A stretch of DNA of 64,000 nt. Origin: Bispira polyomma. Lineage: Eukaryota. Shown piece after piece: positions 50,321 through 64,000 of this stretch; the stretch's first letter is position 1, and every line of letters starts with the position of its first letter. The DNA lies in contig OZ287750.1 in NCBI GenBank assembly GCA_965649765.1, forward strand, positions 69,564,001 to 69,628,000. The letters are read 5' to 3'. Below the pieces are notes generated by a model. The model had not been told where the DNA came from and ran no database searches. It saw only the letters and a list, made by a program, of their open reading frames with translations. A program made the translations under genes and the position numbers.

Positions 50321-53300
50321 ACAGTCTGGTTAATTCCAATCCAAAGGTCAGGTTTGGTCCTAAGAACGAAATACTAGGAATAATGCAGTTGGCAGGGAGT
50401 TTATTGTCCTTGGAATAAAGTTAATTAGTATGTAAGTCAATGCTGACACTGTAACCTCGGCAAATTGCAGAGAGAAAAAAATATTTATTTTGATATATAT
50501 CAGTTACACAATATATTTTGATAAAACTAAGCTGTAACAACAATCTAAAAATATTTGTCAGAGAACCAACAGAGATGTGAAACAAAAGAATAACACATCT
50601 TTCAACAAGATCGTCCTTATTAAATGAGACTTTGTCATGCAACTGCCCTATGTTGACATGGGTAAGTAGTCGTTGGTGAAATGCAATGTGCTACATGATA
50701 TCATATCCAACAGTAAGGTAAATGAACTTGCATATATCCTGCCAGACACAACTTAAAGTGATTAATTCCAAGTGAACATTTCTTTACACTACTATTATAC
50801 CTTGGTTGAAATATCCACATATGCCCATTGTAGATACCTTTTTTTAGAAATAACTTTTTTGTTTAAAGCTTGATGTTTTATTTAACTTATATTATCCCAA
50901 ATATGTATTCTCTATGTATTGTCAGCTGATACATTGTTTTCCCTTTCCAGCAATTCTCAAAAGTTTCGGTATTCATCAGATATTTGTCACAACATACTGG
51001 CAACATGGTGTTGCTATTAGAATACCGTTTTTTAAATAACATTCATGAATTTATGTTGACAAATACTTTCATGGACTACACACTGATATAAACAATAAAT
51101 AGTGCACCAGTAAAAAACCACTGATTTTTGTTTTCAGGCTGCTATATATTATATACACCTAGCTGGAACTCAGTGACTCTTGTTTATGTATTTACCAATT
51201 ACACGTCCCACCGTCTGTGGAAGCATTTAAGTGTTGCTAACATCTCTAGAGTACTGCTGCTCCTATTTATCGACATCCCACTCATTTTCAAACCACTTAT
51301 GGAGCTTTCTAATTAAACTGTGTAGTATGGTGGCATATCAGTGCCACTGTGTCCAGATTTAAGGTACATGCTGTATGCCTATTTGTTTGATCCACTTAAG
51401 CATGTACATAATGTACATGTAATACTTTTAAATGTTTTAATTATTATAATTATTATTTATTATAAATTATTATTATATAACTAACAAAAATAGGATAATT
51501 TTTTTATATCCTCAATCGGCCATGAATATGCATACAGAAAATGTAGTATGTACAGTAATGTTTCTAATGTTAGTTTTATTTACTTCATGAAAATTTGAGG
51601 ATAATTCTTAATTTGATGGTGGCATATAAATTATCGGTTTTGGTGGAGTGATGATATTATTATATGAAGTAATTTCGTACCCTAACTAGACTAAAATTTA
51701 ATAAAAAAACCTTTGTACAATGTCATTTTATACAAATCAAGATGGCCGAACATTACAGAAAGGCCTGTTACAGAAAGGCCCTTAAACAAACAGCTTCTGA
51801 ATGTTTATCTTAGTGAATTAGCTTTCAGAATGCATTTGAAATTATTCTGTAGTCATTTCTCTTTAATATCTGTTAATATTCACCAAAGTTATAATTGTTT
51901 ACTACTTTTATGAAATTTAGTTGCAGCCCTATACATTCTTTTTGTTTCTACCTTTAATACTCTGTAACCAGGAAGCCGGAAAGACCAAAATCACTCCACT
52001 GAGACACTAGTAAATAAAATGGTATCCACAAACTATTAATACTTTTGATTTATGGCACTAATGGTCCACCGTAGCAGGATTGTCAACTGGCAGAAGTCCC
52101 TGTGATATGCTGTGTCCTAGGAAACACTATTTATTCATTTCCTTGTTTAACCAACCTGTGTGTATTTAGAGAGCGGGGGACGTTGTGCTATCGGTGATCT
52201 CAGGGAATACTCTATTGTTTTGCAAAGTATTAGCCAAACATTAGAGTCAAACAGATGCAGGATGAAATAGAGCACAGTTTTTATCCACATAATATAGGCA
52301 TATAAGGAAACATAACATGTTAAAAATGAAGTTATATTATTTTTTAGGTAATGTAATAAATAGCTCCTCTCGCGTAAAATACTTGATATCCAAAGTGCAC
52401 CATCCGGGGAGTTAACCGATGATGATAGAGCAGGTACACATAACAGGTTCGACATTTCTTTTGTTCCCCCACAGCGACCTATCTTTTGTTCCCTCCGAGT
52501 TATCTTTTAATTGGGTTGATTAGAATGATCTATCATTGTCACATGACAGGATATCTCAGGGTGGGGGGAGATTAGTCGAATGGCCCGACTTATGGTAAGA
52601 GATGGAAAGATTAGTCGGAATGTAGAGTGGTGATTTTTCGAAAAATTTTGGTTCTGGGAGGGGCTCACCTCTCTAACAGCAACTGAAGCCAATATTTAAA
52701 GATTGCTGTAAATTTTAGAACACTGAAATATAAGTAAAAAATGGTCTAGGTTTTGTTTCTGAATATGTCCCTTGATTTATTACATTTCGATATGATGAGC
52801 ATGGCCATTGTGGTAATGGTAAATATATCTAAAGTGAACAGGTCTATTCAAATATTTGTAAATCTGTTCAATTATGGTGCCACATTGACCACTTAATTCA
52901 CCAATTTAATTGGGTGCTTGCCATTCCTACTTTTCTTCATTAGTTTGTCAGATGTAATATTTCACCTGGCTAACACCAACTAACTCCAATATTTCAAGAT
53001 TCCTTTAAAGTTATACCTTCAAAACACGACTATTACCTCTGCCGATATTCTCATTTTACCTGTGTTTGTCACCAGGATGGTGCACAGGACAGAACAAATT
53101 CATAAAAGTTTGAATCAGAACCGTGTAAAATGGTTGGATTGTGGATTTGTTTCAGTCTTTGGCACTATTACTGGAGGTGTGCAATTCTAGTTACTCTGTA
53201 ACTATATTACAATCCCCTAATCACATTGTTAAAACGAATTACACAAAATAGCAGCAGAACAACACAGCATTTCCTATTGAAATCAATAACAGATTTTGTT

Positions 53301-56300
53301 AGTGGTGGTACTCATATAGTTGTTTATATAATTCAATTTTGAGCACAATATCATCTTGTTACTATGGGATAAAGAGTGTTAAAAACCCTAAAAGTGTGTA
53401 TCTCTAGTATTTAAAAGCTTTTATATAAATATTCATCAAACGTGCCACAGCTATGTGAACTTAAGTTTGAGCACTATTCTGTACAAGGCTAAATTTGTTT
53501 TTTTCCCTGGACTCTTTCCATCGGGGTGTAATCCCAGTGGAACATGCCTGAGTAACTCTGATAATGATTCCATCTGTTAGTTACAGCACATCAATGTACT
53601 TATGTACCCAAAAGGATTAAATATTTCAGACAGAAAGTGAAAAGAAATGGCAATCTAAACAAAAAAGAAGTTACTACACTTTACATGACCTGATATACTC
53701 TCATTTGGTCAGTGGTGCTTGAGTATATGTCACGTTTTGCTGTAATGTTCAAGTTTATTTTCAAAGGTTTTTGATATCTAATTTTAAGGATTTAGATGTC
53801 ACATCAGAGTTCCATAAAACACATGTTTTTTTTCAAACCATAGCATAAAATGACACTTTGCATTAATACAAAAAAAAAAAAACAGAACTTTCCTTCAAAA
53901 TATGTGCTTTGTAGGACAAAGAGGAACTTCATTGAATTGCTTAAAGAGTTCCATCAGCTGACTTTCGAAACAAAGGTGTAGTATACAGGTACTTACAGTC
54001 AACTAATAATCATCATTATAATAAAGGTAATATACTTGCTGAAATGTTATACTATAGTTGAAATCCTGACATATATTGTCATTGCTAGTTCAGAAAATAA
54101 TAACAAGAGTTTAATTAGTATGCTGTCCTTGTACTTTAGTGAATTATAAGTCATTGACAAAGGTAATAATAAAAATGGTTTAATGATGGTTAAAAACTTG
54201 TTTGGTGAAAGCCCTTGACAAATGATAACAACGTGGGCTGAAATCTTTCATGTTTTCAAGTTTAGGCCTCTTTACAGGCTTTCTCAAAATGGTAGATGCA
54301 TTGCCTGTAATTGATAACAATTGGATTTACCTAATTGTTACCCGGTGGTAACTCAATTGGAACCAACTTCACATTCTACTTTAATGTTTGGAATGTTAAA
54401 TAACCAACAGTTTATATATTAGCCCCATACTCAGTGTTTAGTACACAATATACTTAAATCTAACTAGATATTAACAGTTTATAGGTGAGTGCTCATCAAT
54501 GAGGCTTAAAGACAAAGTGTGAATATCTCCAACTAATGAAATATAGATCAATCTTCTTTGTACTTTTATGTTTTGTAAAAAACCAAGCTACTGTAATAAA
54601 TCAATCAAACTTTTTGTTGTTCTTTTTGTATATATTGTGTTCCCAATGTAGAATGGTTGAATTTAGCAGACTTTTGGACTTCACAATGTGGGATGGTTGA
54701 ATTTAGCAGTCTTTTAGAATAAACCACACTGTTAAATAACATTGTATTTAAAGTTATACATATTTATCTACCCTTGTCCAGGTGTCTATTCAGAGCATTA
54801 AGTAACCAATGTCCAAGTCCAACCAACCAGCACTCCATAATAACGAATATTCCCCAATCCAAAGAGTGGGGCTTAAGGGTGACCATTTAGCAATTTCCTC
54901 GAGGTTCTTTAGCCTGCCACTGAGGATTTGACTGACTGACTGAGAACAGCGATAATTAAGTGATCATTCAACCCAATATGTAGCTGCCTGTTCCCATTCA
55001 CCCCAGCATTAAATTGATCCTAGGTCCTCTTGCCTGTGTTTCTAGGCGAGAGAGTTTCCCACTAGGCCACAAAAGCAGACATCTTGCCATACTCTCACAC
55101 ATTCACAAAGTAGAGTTCATTAATTATTTGCAGTAGCCGAGTACACACTACTACAGGTTACAAGATATAAATTGGTTTAGCAGAGGAGTAAAAGTCTTAC
55201 ATTCTGTCATAGCTGCAATGTTGGCACACTTTTTGTGATGATTAATGTTTCATAACGATGCTTACGTGAAGATAAATTTATATCAAATAACTTCAGATAC
55301 TGCGCCACATAAATCTTGACACAGGGAAGACATTATTGTAATAATGTTGTTTTATGGTGCTGGGCTAGTCACATAAAAAGCACATAAGAAGAAGTAACAA
55401 TGCTTTACAAAGGATTACTTTGCTACCTCCACCAAGAGGGTGATGTTTTAGCTTGTGCCTGTTACTCCATGTTTTTGTCACTAATACATAAAGCTTTTGT
55501 CACTGGTATTATACAAAAACAAAAAAATGCATTTTTACATGAAATTGGCTGGAGATATGAGACATAGGCCTGACAAAGTATTGTTGCAGCTGATCCAGGT
55601 AGAAGGTCAGATACAGGGACCTCCTATTTGTAATATTACTTCACCAAGAGTGGCTGTCTTTTGACAGGACTACTTTTAGTCAACTTGACCAAAATCATAA
55701 CAAGAGGTTATAGATCGAAACACCAAAAATACAACACAAATATTTTTATATTACCAAAATGTCGCACAAGCCATTTATTTCAGCGAATAACACTCAAGCA
55801 AACAACAGTAATGACTGAGCTGCTTAATTAGCCTTATTGTAGCCATCACTCTGTTTAAATGGGCCACTTAATGCATATTTTAGAGGGGTTGCCACACATC
55901 TAAAAGATACCTTGCAAAACAATACCATTACAGTAATGTCACATATCAAATTTCCTAAGCAAAACTACTCTGCACATTTAATGCATCATACAATATTAAT
56001 ACGAATGAAATGGCAGGTGTCGTATGTGGGTAGTTTCAGTTTATAAAGACTTAATATGACATGTTTCCACAAACATGTAAAAGCCATCTGTACATGTTAC
56101 ACTTATACCTAGGTCTCATTTACACAGATGGCCATCACAAATGCACCACAAACGATCAGTGACAGTATAATTCAACTTCATTTCAGACTTGGCTACATTA
56201 GCAGTGTTTCGGAAAACTTTGTCGATATTCCTGAGCATTAGCCATCTCGTCACAAAAGTGTGTAACTGTTCAAATCTTTCAGGGATGAATGGTCTTTCAG

Positions 56301-59300
56301 GAGGCTTTTTGTGGGGGGAATTTCTGCTCAGCAGCAGTTTGTGTTGTCCAGTTGTGGCTTGTTTCGAGGTAGTGTTAATTAGTAACACTTAGTGACCTTT
56401 CTTTACGATTAGTGATGTATTAGTAGGTATTCGTTATTGTTACTCTAAACTCTATGATGGTTGGGGATTTTTTATTTTGAGCTTGAGTCTGAGCTTATGA
56501 ATACGGATCCAGACCAATAGAAATCATAGTGTTTGGTGAAAACCCAGTTGATGTCTAGCGTGCAGGAGGGCATCATAAAGTGTAATTCAGAGACATTGCA
56601 ACATATCACCAGAGATAGGAACTAGAGTTGGGGTTTCTCAAGACATTGACGTCTATCCCTAACAACTTCATTGATGGTTTTGGAAGTCGGGAATTTTATT
56701 CCTTTTAAATTGGGGAAGCTGTGTCGAAAGGTGTGACATTGAGGGATCCTTATTTGGCAAATACTCATATTTACCGCATGTATTATGTAAAATAAATATC
56801 AAATGTGTTAGATATATCTCCCAAATCATGGGGCCAAATTTATCACAACTTCTTGCGGCAAGAAAACCAGATTCAACCCTACTTTGCTGAAAGACCAGTA
56901 ATTATAATTACAAAGATTTTCCATTTTACATAATTATAAAGGACACAGATAAATGAGGGTACCAATGGTAACTGCAATCTGAAGATAAGTGTGACCTTGA
57001 CCTGGTAAAGGTTGTCTTTAACTGTGCTCTACAGAAAGACAAATTTGAAAATCATCCTCGGTTGTTATTTGGAAATGTTATTGCTCTCTTTTTATGGCAT
57101 AGCCGCAATGATAGGCTAAGGCTAACACGGCCACCATGGTCAATTTTAAAACTGAAATCAATGAATTAAGTTTTGTGATGTCTGAAAACAAATGAAGTAA
57201 GGTCTTTGAGTATGACTATTTGTCAATGCCACCAGAGGTTCTTTAGCCTGCCACTGGGTATGTAAACAATAACTGAGAGCCACATGTCCATGTATCAATG
57301 CCCCAAGATTTTTTATCGTGCCACTAGAACAACCATTTGATGTAGTCATCCGAGACACTACATACCTTGCTGTATCCGTGAGCCCCAGACTGGTATTGCA
57401 ACTAGGTCCTTAAAAATGCTTGTGTCAATCTATTTCGGATGACACATAGTCTTTTTCGTATAATAAAAGTTACTCTACATATTGTTTGCACCAAACAATT
57501 TTGTTTGATATCGGGGCAAGATTTTCAAGATAAAGGCCATTATTCAAAGGTTAACAGGTACAACCATATATATACACACAACTACCTAAAATCTACCACA
57601 TATAATTTATTTACAATAAACAAACATATGACATCAATAATGTGTGCTTAAACATTGAAAAAATGTCATTAAAGTAGAAACAAAATATTAATACATGGAG
57701 TTATATGATGGATATAATCATTTTGTAGTACCATCATGTTCGGATTAAGTTGTTATCTATAGTCAAATTGTCTGAAGGAACATCCTAAAATCATCTCTAG
57801 GAGAAAGGCTACTTACAATATTATCGTGGCAGACTGGGTAGGTATTTTCAAGAAAAACTAAAGCTAGAACTTAGACTCACATCAAGGGTATCTGGAAATC
57901 ATTGTGCATGACGTAAACCAATGCTGGTAACTATTCAGTTACATACAGATTGCAATGCTGAATTCAAATATGCAGTCAGCTTTTTATTTTACTCCACCTC
58001 AGCCAGAGATATTGGCACTTCATAGTTGAGCCTAAGCCTAACTTGACCCTGAGAACTTGCCGGAATGTGGTCATTAGAAAGCTTTTTGGCAATGATAAAG
58101 GGTGAGGAGTTCATTTGATAATGGTAGTTTTTGTGAGCTTATTGCAAGTGATTTGTTTAACGACCAGTTCTCTTTATTTTTAGCAACCCTGTCACACCCT
58201 GTAAACATCCCATTGAGTGTATTGAATATGTCACCACAGAAAAAACATGCATATTGGAGTTTTACATTGGATTCTCCTTTGGGTTTTTGTATGATCAATC
58301 TGAAAATATATGCGTATAAGATAGCAATATATATCAGTACATTAGAGTAATAAGAGACCTAGCAAGACTAGGTACTAGGCTAGGTTTGCATAGACATAGG
58401 CATTGCTAGAACTAAAATACAAGAATCGTCTGCTGTGTGAGCGGGCTTGAATAACTCTGGTGAACGATATGACGTTTTCCCGCAATTATTTGGTCTATAT
58501 AACCTTCAGCATTGCTACATTCAGGGAGTATTCTGGTTGTGCCGTGTGTACTTGAAGCGACCCACCCACCCTCACCTAAAATATAAAATAAGTCAAATAA
58601 AGTTGGAATTTTAGAATTTTATTTGCGGCAATTATAACACAAACAGATTTTAAATGCTACCCACTATAGGGATATACAAAGTATAAAAGTTTAAAATATG
58701 TGTAAATTTTCTAAGGCCGGGTTAGTCTTAGGCTCACACGTTGTAAAGTAATCCTAAAGGAAAACACCCACCTTAGTCAGCTAAGGGTGCTTAAGGTTTA
58801 ATGTGGTCACCTCAATTAAATGAGGTTAAGGTGAAGTGACTAGAAGTTTGAGTTTAAGGTCTACTTAAAGTGAACCCTCAGAAGTTTAAGTTACGGCCAC
58901 CTCATTGTGAGTTTCCACTTAGCTTAGGATACGATTACCTTAAAGTAAGGTCTTTCCTACTTAACCCCTTTAGCTGTGTACAGTATGTTATGTGTCTGTT
59001 AGTAGTTTCTAACTTGTCTTAGTAGTTTTTAACATTATTGTTATGTCATCCCAAACAAGTTGTGTATACAATAAAAGTTGTTATTAGAAAAAATTTATTC
59101 TTTTTCATATGTCTTCACACTTCATATATTATCTTATGGACTGATAGTAAAAAATTCATTTTGTTGTTACCTTTTGACATCTGTCTGCGTACATCAGCCC
59201 AAAGAAACCCTCTTTGTGCCAAATTTACTTTAAAACTTTAATAATATCCAGTATCTGTAGGGACTGCAGTAGCTTAGTGCTAAAAAGTTTTGACTTTACA

Positions 59301-62300
59301 ATCACGTACCTTTCACCAATGTAGTCTTCAATCCTGTTTGTTCCTTCTTGTGTTTGTTCTTCTTTTGTCAGTTTTTTGTTGTTTTGAATGTTTGGTTGTA
59401 GCGATATGACTTAAGGCAACTTAGATCCCAAAGTAAATTTAAAATTCAAAAATATACTACACATTGTATGTGAAGCTCAATTTATTTATTTAATATAGCA
59501 ATCTGTTGGACTTCAGGTTCAAAAGTTATATTTATTATTATTCATTATAAAAGTCTGATATAATAAATTATAATAAAAAGTAAGGTTCATGCCCACACCA
59601 GAGTGTACAGACTGGTTATAACATGAAACAAGTTTGCCTTGGCATGAAATCGGAGGTCATTTATTTAATAATATACAGTCAGACCATATCTAGGTTTACA
59701 AAGAGATGGCCAAACTAACTATTTGTCAAAAAAAACTTCCAAATTTTGTACTTTCAATAGGGTTTTAGAAATCATATGCTATGCTTACTTCTTTGCACAA
59801 TGAAGTAAAAATATGTTTTGATAATTTTTTTTAATTAAATTACTTAGATTGTTAAACAATTTTATAATTGTTTTCGATGTTTTTTCCTTGTTTTCTTTTT
59901 GATGACGATGTAACATTGGGACTTGTACAATCAGATGATATGCGAAGCTTTATAATAAAGTTCTTTTTGTCAAGTTGGTGTTTATTACCCAAAACCCCAT
60001 CAGCTAATCCCTTACTTCCATCCCCAAACCGTAGTCAAGAATTAACCTGATTGCATCCGGCAACATTTAAAAAGCTTTTTCTCAGTACATTTCTTAGGAC
60101 ATACAAGTAGGTAGTTTGTTGAAGGCCTGTCTTTTCACCCCTATTTCTAGAAAGTCAGACAATCACAGCTGAAAGCTTTATGTGCTCCTGTCTAGAAATA
60201 GAGGATACTTCTTATGCAGCACAAAGGCTTGTTTTGTGTAAAGACAGGATATACCACCAAATGATTCTTGTCATTTTTAGAGGATTTATGTTTTATTGAA
60301 AACCAGAGGCTTATGTGTTTCACCATTACTACCTCAGCAGTGGAATACTGTATCAGGGTAAATAGCTATAATCTAGACAAAAACATTTCAATTGTGCATG
60401 CCACATTTTAAAAATACAATCAATATTTCAAACCGTTTAGGCAGTATAATATTACACAACACCAACAATAACAAGAAAGGAATACATACAACTATATTAT
60501 TTCATTAATTTGTTTTATTATAGGGACAAGTATTATAGATAAACTACATTGATATACAAGTTATACAACAGAATACCCTGCCCGATATGGACTTATTTAT
60601 TACTATTAAAAAGTACATGTTAGGCGAACAGATTAACATAAGGTAACCTACATGTGATTAACTACACAGTTTACTCGTTCTTTCTGACCATTAATCAGAA
60701 AAAAATTGAGGTACTAAATTTACACTTGAATTAATTTATATACTGATAAATTGTTTTGCTGCTGAAATTAATATGTCTATGAAATAATGTAAAATATATA
60801 TTTTCAACATAGTTGTTGTTATACTAGGCAAACACGAATGAAATGAACTTCATTTTCAACATCTAATTTACAAAGCTTACATATTCTTTGAATAACGTTT
60901 AATTTTACATATTTCAAGAGGTGAAATTCAGATTTTAAATTCAGATAAATTGATAGATAGATTATTTTGGTCTAGAATATGACTTCATGTTGCGAGAGAA
61001 TAAGTTCTTAATATGGATTCATGAGGTAATTTTTAGGGTAAATTTGTCTACATTTGGATACATGGAGAGATCTTATTCTTGGACAAAAACCCACAAACCA
61101 GGATTTGCTATATGTAATGAATAATGAGGACTGTTCGTTTATATGAGACCTAGCTGTAACACCTTGATGTCTGAACAAATCTTGTTAAACCAAATAACTA
61201 GGGTTCAAGGTCTCAGTCTACTTATAGAAAGTACAAACTAGTACACACTTTGGTTATGTGAGGTGGTGGGTTTAACTTATTGTGTTTCAGTGTTGACTGA
61301 TTGAATTCACTTTCCAATATGAAGAATGGGAGAGAAAGTTTATAGCACGTGATGATACAATGGAATGTGATATTCTTAAAGAATGATGGACAGTGTATAA
61401 TTAGTGGATTGACAACGCAGAACCCCTGAAGAGGTCCTGCTGTATCCATTTTATTATACTCTTTTGTGTTGTAATAGAATATATTTTATTTTTATGCTCT
61501 GTTCATATATTGCTTTCCATTTTTGAAATCCGATATTTGGTTTGTGAGAACAAAATTTAAGATAAGAAAATGCAGCAAATGTCACTTGTCAATATTCATG
61601 ATAAAGTTGCCACACTGTCCATATTTTGTCACAGTAATCTGTGTCAGCAACAACAAATAGTGTCTTTTAATCAGAGTGTCTTAATTTTGTATGCTTTAAC
61701 ATATTCAACTTACATTATTGGGGTAACAAACTGTATTTTTAAAAGTATAGATATAGAAACTACTTTTATTCCAAAGCGGTATCTGTGAGACGTAATTTTG
61801 CTTGCTAAAATTTAAACACAATTATGTATGTTCTGTGTTTGGTCAATAATATGCTATCAGTGTGGGATGGTAATTACATATCAGTTTTTGTAACATATTG
61901 ATTAGTGTATCTTTTATCCTTAACACACGTTTTGTCGGAAATTTCTCATGCATGAATTTCACAAAAAGGGACTTTTGATTTAAACATGCCATTGATTGAA
62001 TGCCTTTTCTAAAATCTGTCAATTTCATCTCTGTTTTATTCTTTTTGGCAGATTTTAAATGATCAAATCGAAACTTTACAATAACATGATTTTGTATGGT
62101 ATAGTTATAGGACATTGCAGCACCAGCAGCTTCACATAAATAATTAAACAAATCTAAAAGAGGGGGTGAAGGTTTCTATCACTAAGAGGATTATATTTTA
62201 TAAACAGAATAAATTTTTAATTTAAATTTTAGGGATCAATATTGTTGACATTTTACAACAAGGCAAGAATGAATATGTGATGAATACACCACGTCATAAC

Positions 62301-62819
62301 CTTTTTATTGGTACACAATCATCCCAACATGTGTTTTGTTTTTTTGTAAATCTGTTTTTTATTTATTCAGTTAAGTTATGGTACAGGGTGGTATTCAGGA
62401 AATGGCCAAGCCAAAATGTAGTATACTTTAGTGCTAGATTTAGGTCAATGTATAGATTAAGCCCTTTCGTGAATACCATCCCAGGGCCCATATTCACAAA
62501 AGGTGTTAGTTTTAATCTCATCTTAAAATTTGGGTTGCAAAGGTTCAGATTTTGTTCTTAGTCCCAGTGACAATCAGAAAACATCTTTCTTTAGTGTTAA
62601 CTTTGCTCTTAACACCAATTCTAACAGTTAGCAGTATTTAAGTTTTTTTTAAGTTATTTTGAATACAATAAGAAATTGTGTTTTGTAAACGGCAGGTGGA
62701 GATATATTAGTGGAATAATTGCAGAATTTATTGATTATCTAAGGTAATATTTTGCAGAAAATAACGTGTGATGAAGAAAAGTTTTAATCGTGCTGTGTAT
62801 TATGAAATCATACACTTTG

Positions 62820-63200
62820 CTAAAACTGGGGTTCACTTTTGACTCTGATTTCTCCTTCAAAAAATATGTTTCAAACATCAGTCGATCCTGCTACTGCAAC
62901 ACCCGTGATTGTGTAGGATTGAAGTTGCAAATGTCCTGGTGTTGAGTCGACTTGATTACTACAACTGACTACTTTTAAAATCTTCAAAATTTTACACTCA
63001 CATACAGCACCTCTACTAAACAAATTACACTAGTTGCCTATTGAGTCTCATATTAAATTAAAGGTAAATCTCATTTTAAGACTGTCCATATGTAGCAACC
63101 TGCCTACTTATTATCTATGCTGTCTCTCAGAAATCTTACTACAGGAAATTGTCTCTCCACTTCTGACTTCTTACCCCCTAAAAACTGGCTGGTCATGGCT
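62820..63200 (+). mobile_element. L2-type LINE 3' fragment
   Basis: LGFTFDSDFSFKKYVSNISRSCY...LVLSRLDYYN...HTAPLLNKLH*LPIESHIKLK. Confidence 0.8.
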
Positions 63201-63399
63201 GAACTCTGATCATGACCCTTTCATCCTGTCAGACTTTATTCTTTTGCATACTGATTGGGATGTATGCCACAGATGATACCTGATCGTCGATTGTGGTGCT
63301 ATTTAATAAAAACATTATATAATTCAATAAAGCAAACTTGTTATTTATCAGTTTTGTAATTCTGTGTCTTCTTTATTTAATAAATAATGCACAATAGTC

Positions 63400-63560
63400 A
63401 TGCATTTCGCTGTTGGTACAGGTGCAGTACATCACACTGGGGTAGCTCTGCAAACCACCTACCTTCAGCAAGTCTATTGCCAACTTTTCCACACACATGC
63501 CAGCAATAAGCTTCGAACCCACCATTGCAGAGGTGGGATGTGAATGAGTTACCACTAAGG
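63400..63560 (-). mobile_element. tRNA-derived SINE family member
   Basis: The minus strand has a B box (gggttcgaagc) followed by catgtgtgtggaaaagttggcaatag...gaagg..gtggttt. Similar cores are at about 330-450, 8170-8240, 24650-24760, 27200-27380 and 48680-48800. Confidence 0.65.
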
Positions 63561-64000
63561 GTTCTAGTTTACTGTTATGCCAGGGTCTAATTTAGGGGGA
63601 ATAAATAAGTATGACTTATAAATATAACTGATACTTGTTATTTCAATAAATATTTGTGTCTTTAATAATATTTTGCAAATAACTATTAGTCTATATTAGG
63701 TAATAGTTATGGCATCACAACATCAATAAGTATGAAACGATATCTAAATGAAATACGTCTCTAAGGCTATAACTGATAGCAATACCTGTGTCTCCTTTTT
63801 ATAAACCAATATATTTTCAGGTGAAAGGTGGGTTTGAACTGCATGTTGTTAAAACAATTATGCTGCTGGGCTTTTTAGTTAAATTTAAAAGATTCTTTTA
63901 CCCTGTCTGGAGCAATTTGAAGCAGTGATGGACAAATTAACTGGTACTGTTATAAATTCATTCATTCTTATGTAATGAAACAGTGTTTGAATTGGTTGAA

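Larger units (their letters stand above)
47688..64000 (+). repeat. Segmental duplication, copy B (runs off the window end)
   Basis: Same order and orientation as copy A. For example, gtcaacacaggccctacc..cagcatatcgtag occurs at about 218 and 47709, and taacttcagatactgcgccacataaatcttgacacagggaag at about 12721 and 55288. Confidence 0.9.

Noticed and set aside
59590-60100. Transposase fragment in a copy-B-specific insert (minus strand GDGSKGLADGVLGNK)
   Set aside because: Too short and interrupted to assign.

Overview
AT-rich animal genomic DNA, probably from an invertebrate such as a lophotrochozoan (an inference from the transposon repertoire). The only intact host-type genes are two paralogous single-coding-exon genes (1100..1993 and 49421..50320, minus strand, about 84% aa identity by manual count). 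They encode a signal-less, N-glycosylated, single-pass membrane protein with a KCNE/MinK-like transmembrane segment and sit in a ~48-kb tandem segmental duplication whose copies differ by many transposon insertions. The most unusual object is a 9.4-kb DNA transposon at 26322..35715 with 55-bp TIRs (CAYAGTC...) and an exact 5-bp TSD (CTTCA). It carries two convergent, now-disrupted genes: a ~1,500-aa spliced P-element-like DDE transposase with a complete YqaJ/lambda-exonuclease (PD-(D/E)xK) domain inserted inside its RNase H core, and a six-finger C2H2 protein. Also present: three pieces of one tyrosine-recombinase (DIRS/Ngaro-like) retrotransposon family, an L2/CR1 LINE, Harbinger and Kolobok-type relics, SINEs, MITEs and minisatellites. 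All assignments come from motif reading by eye; no searches were run.
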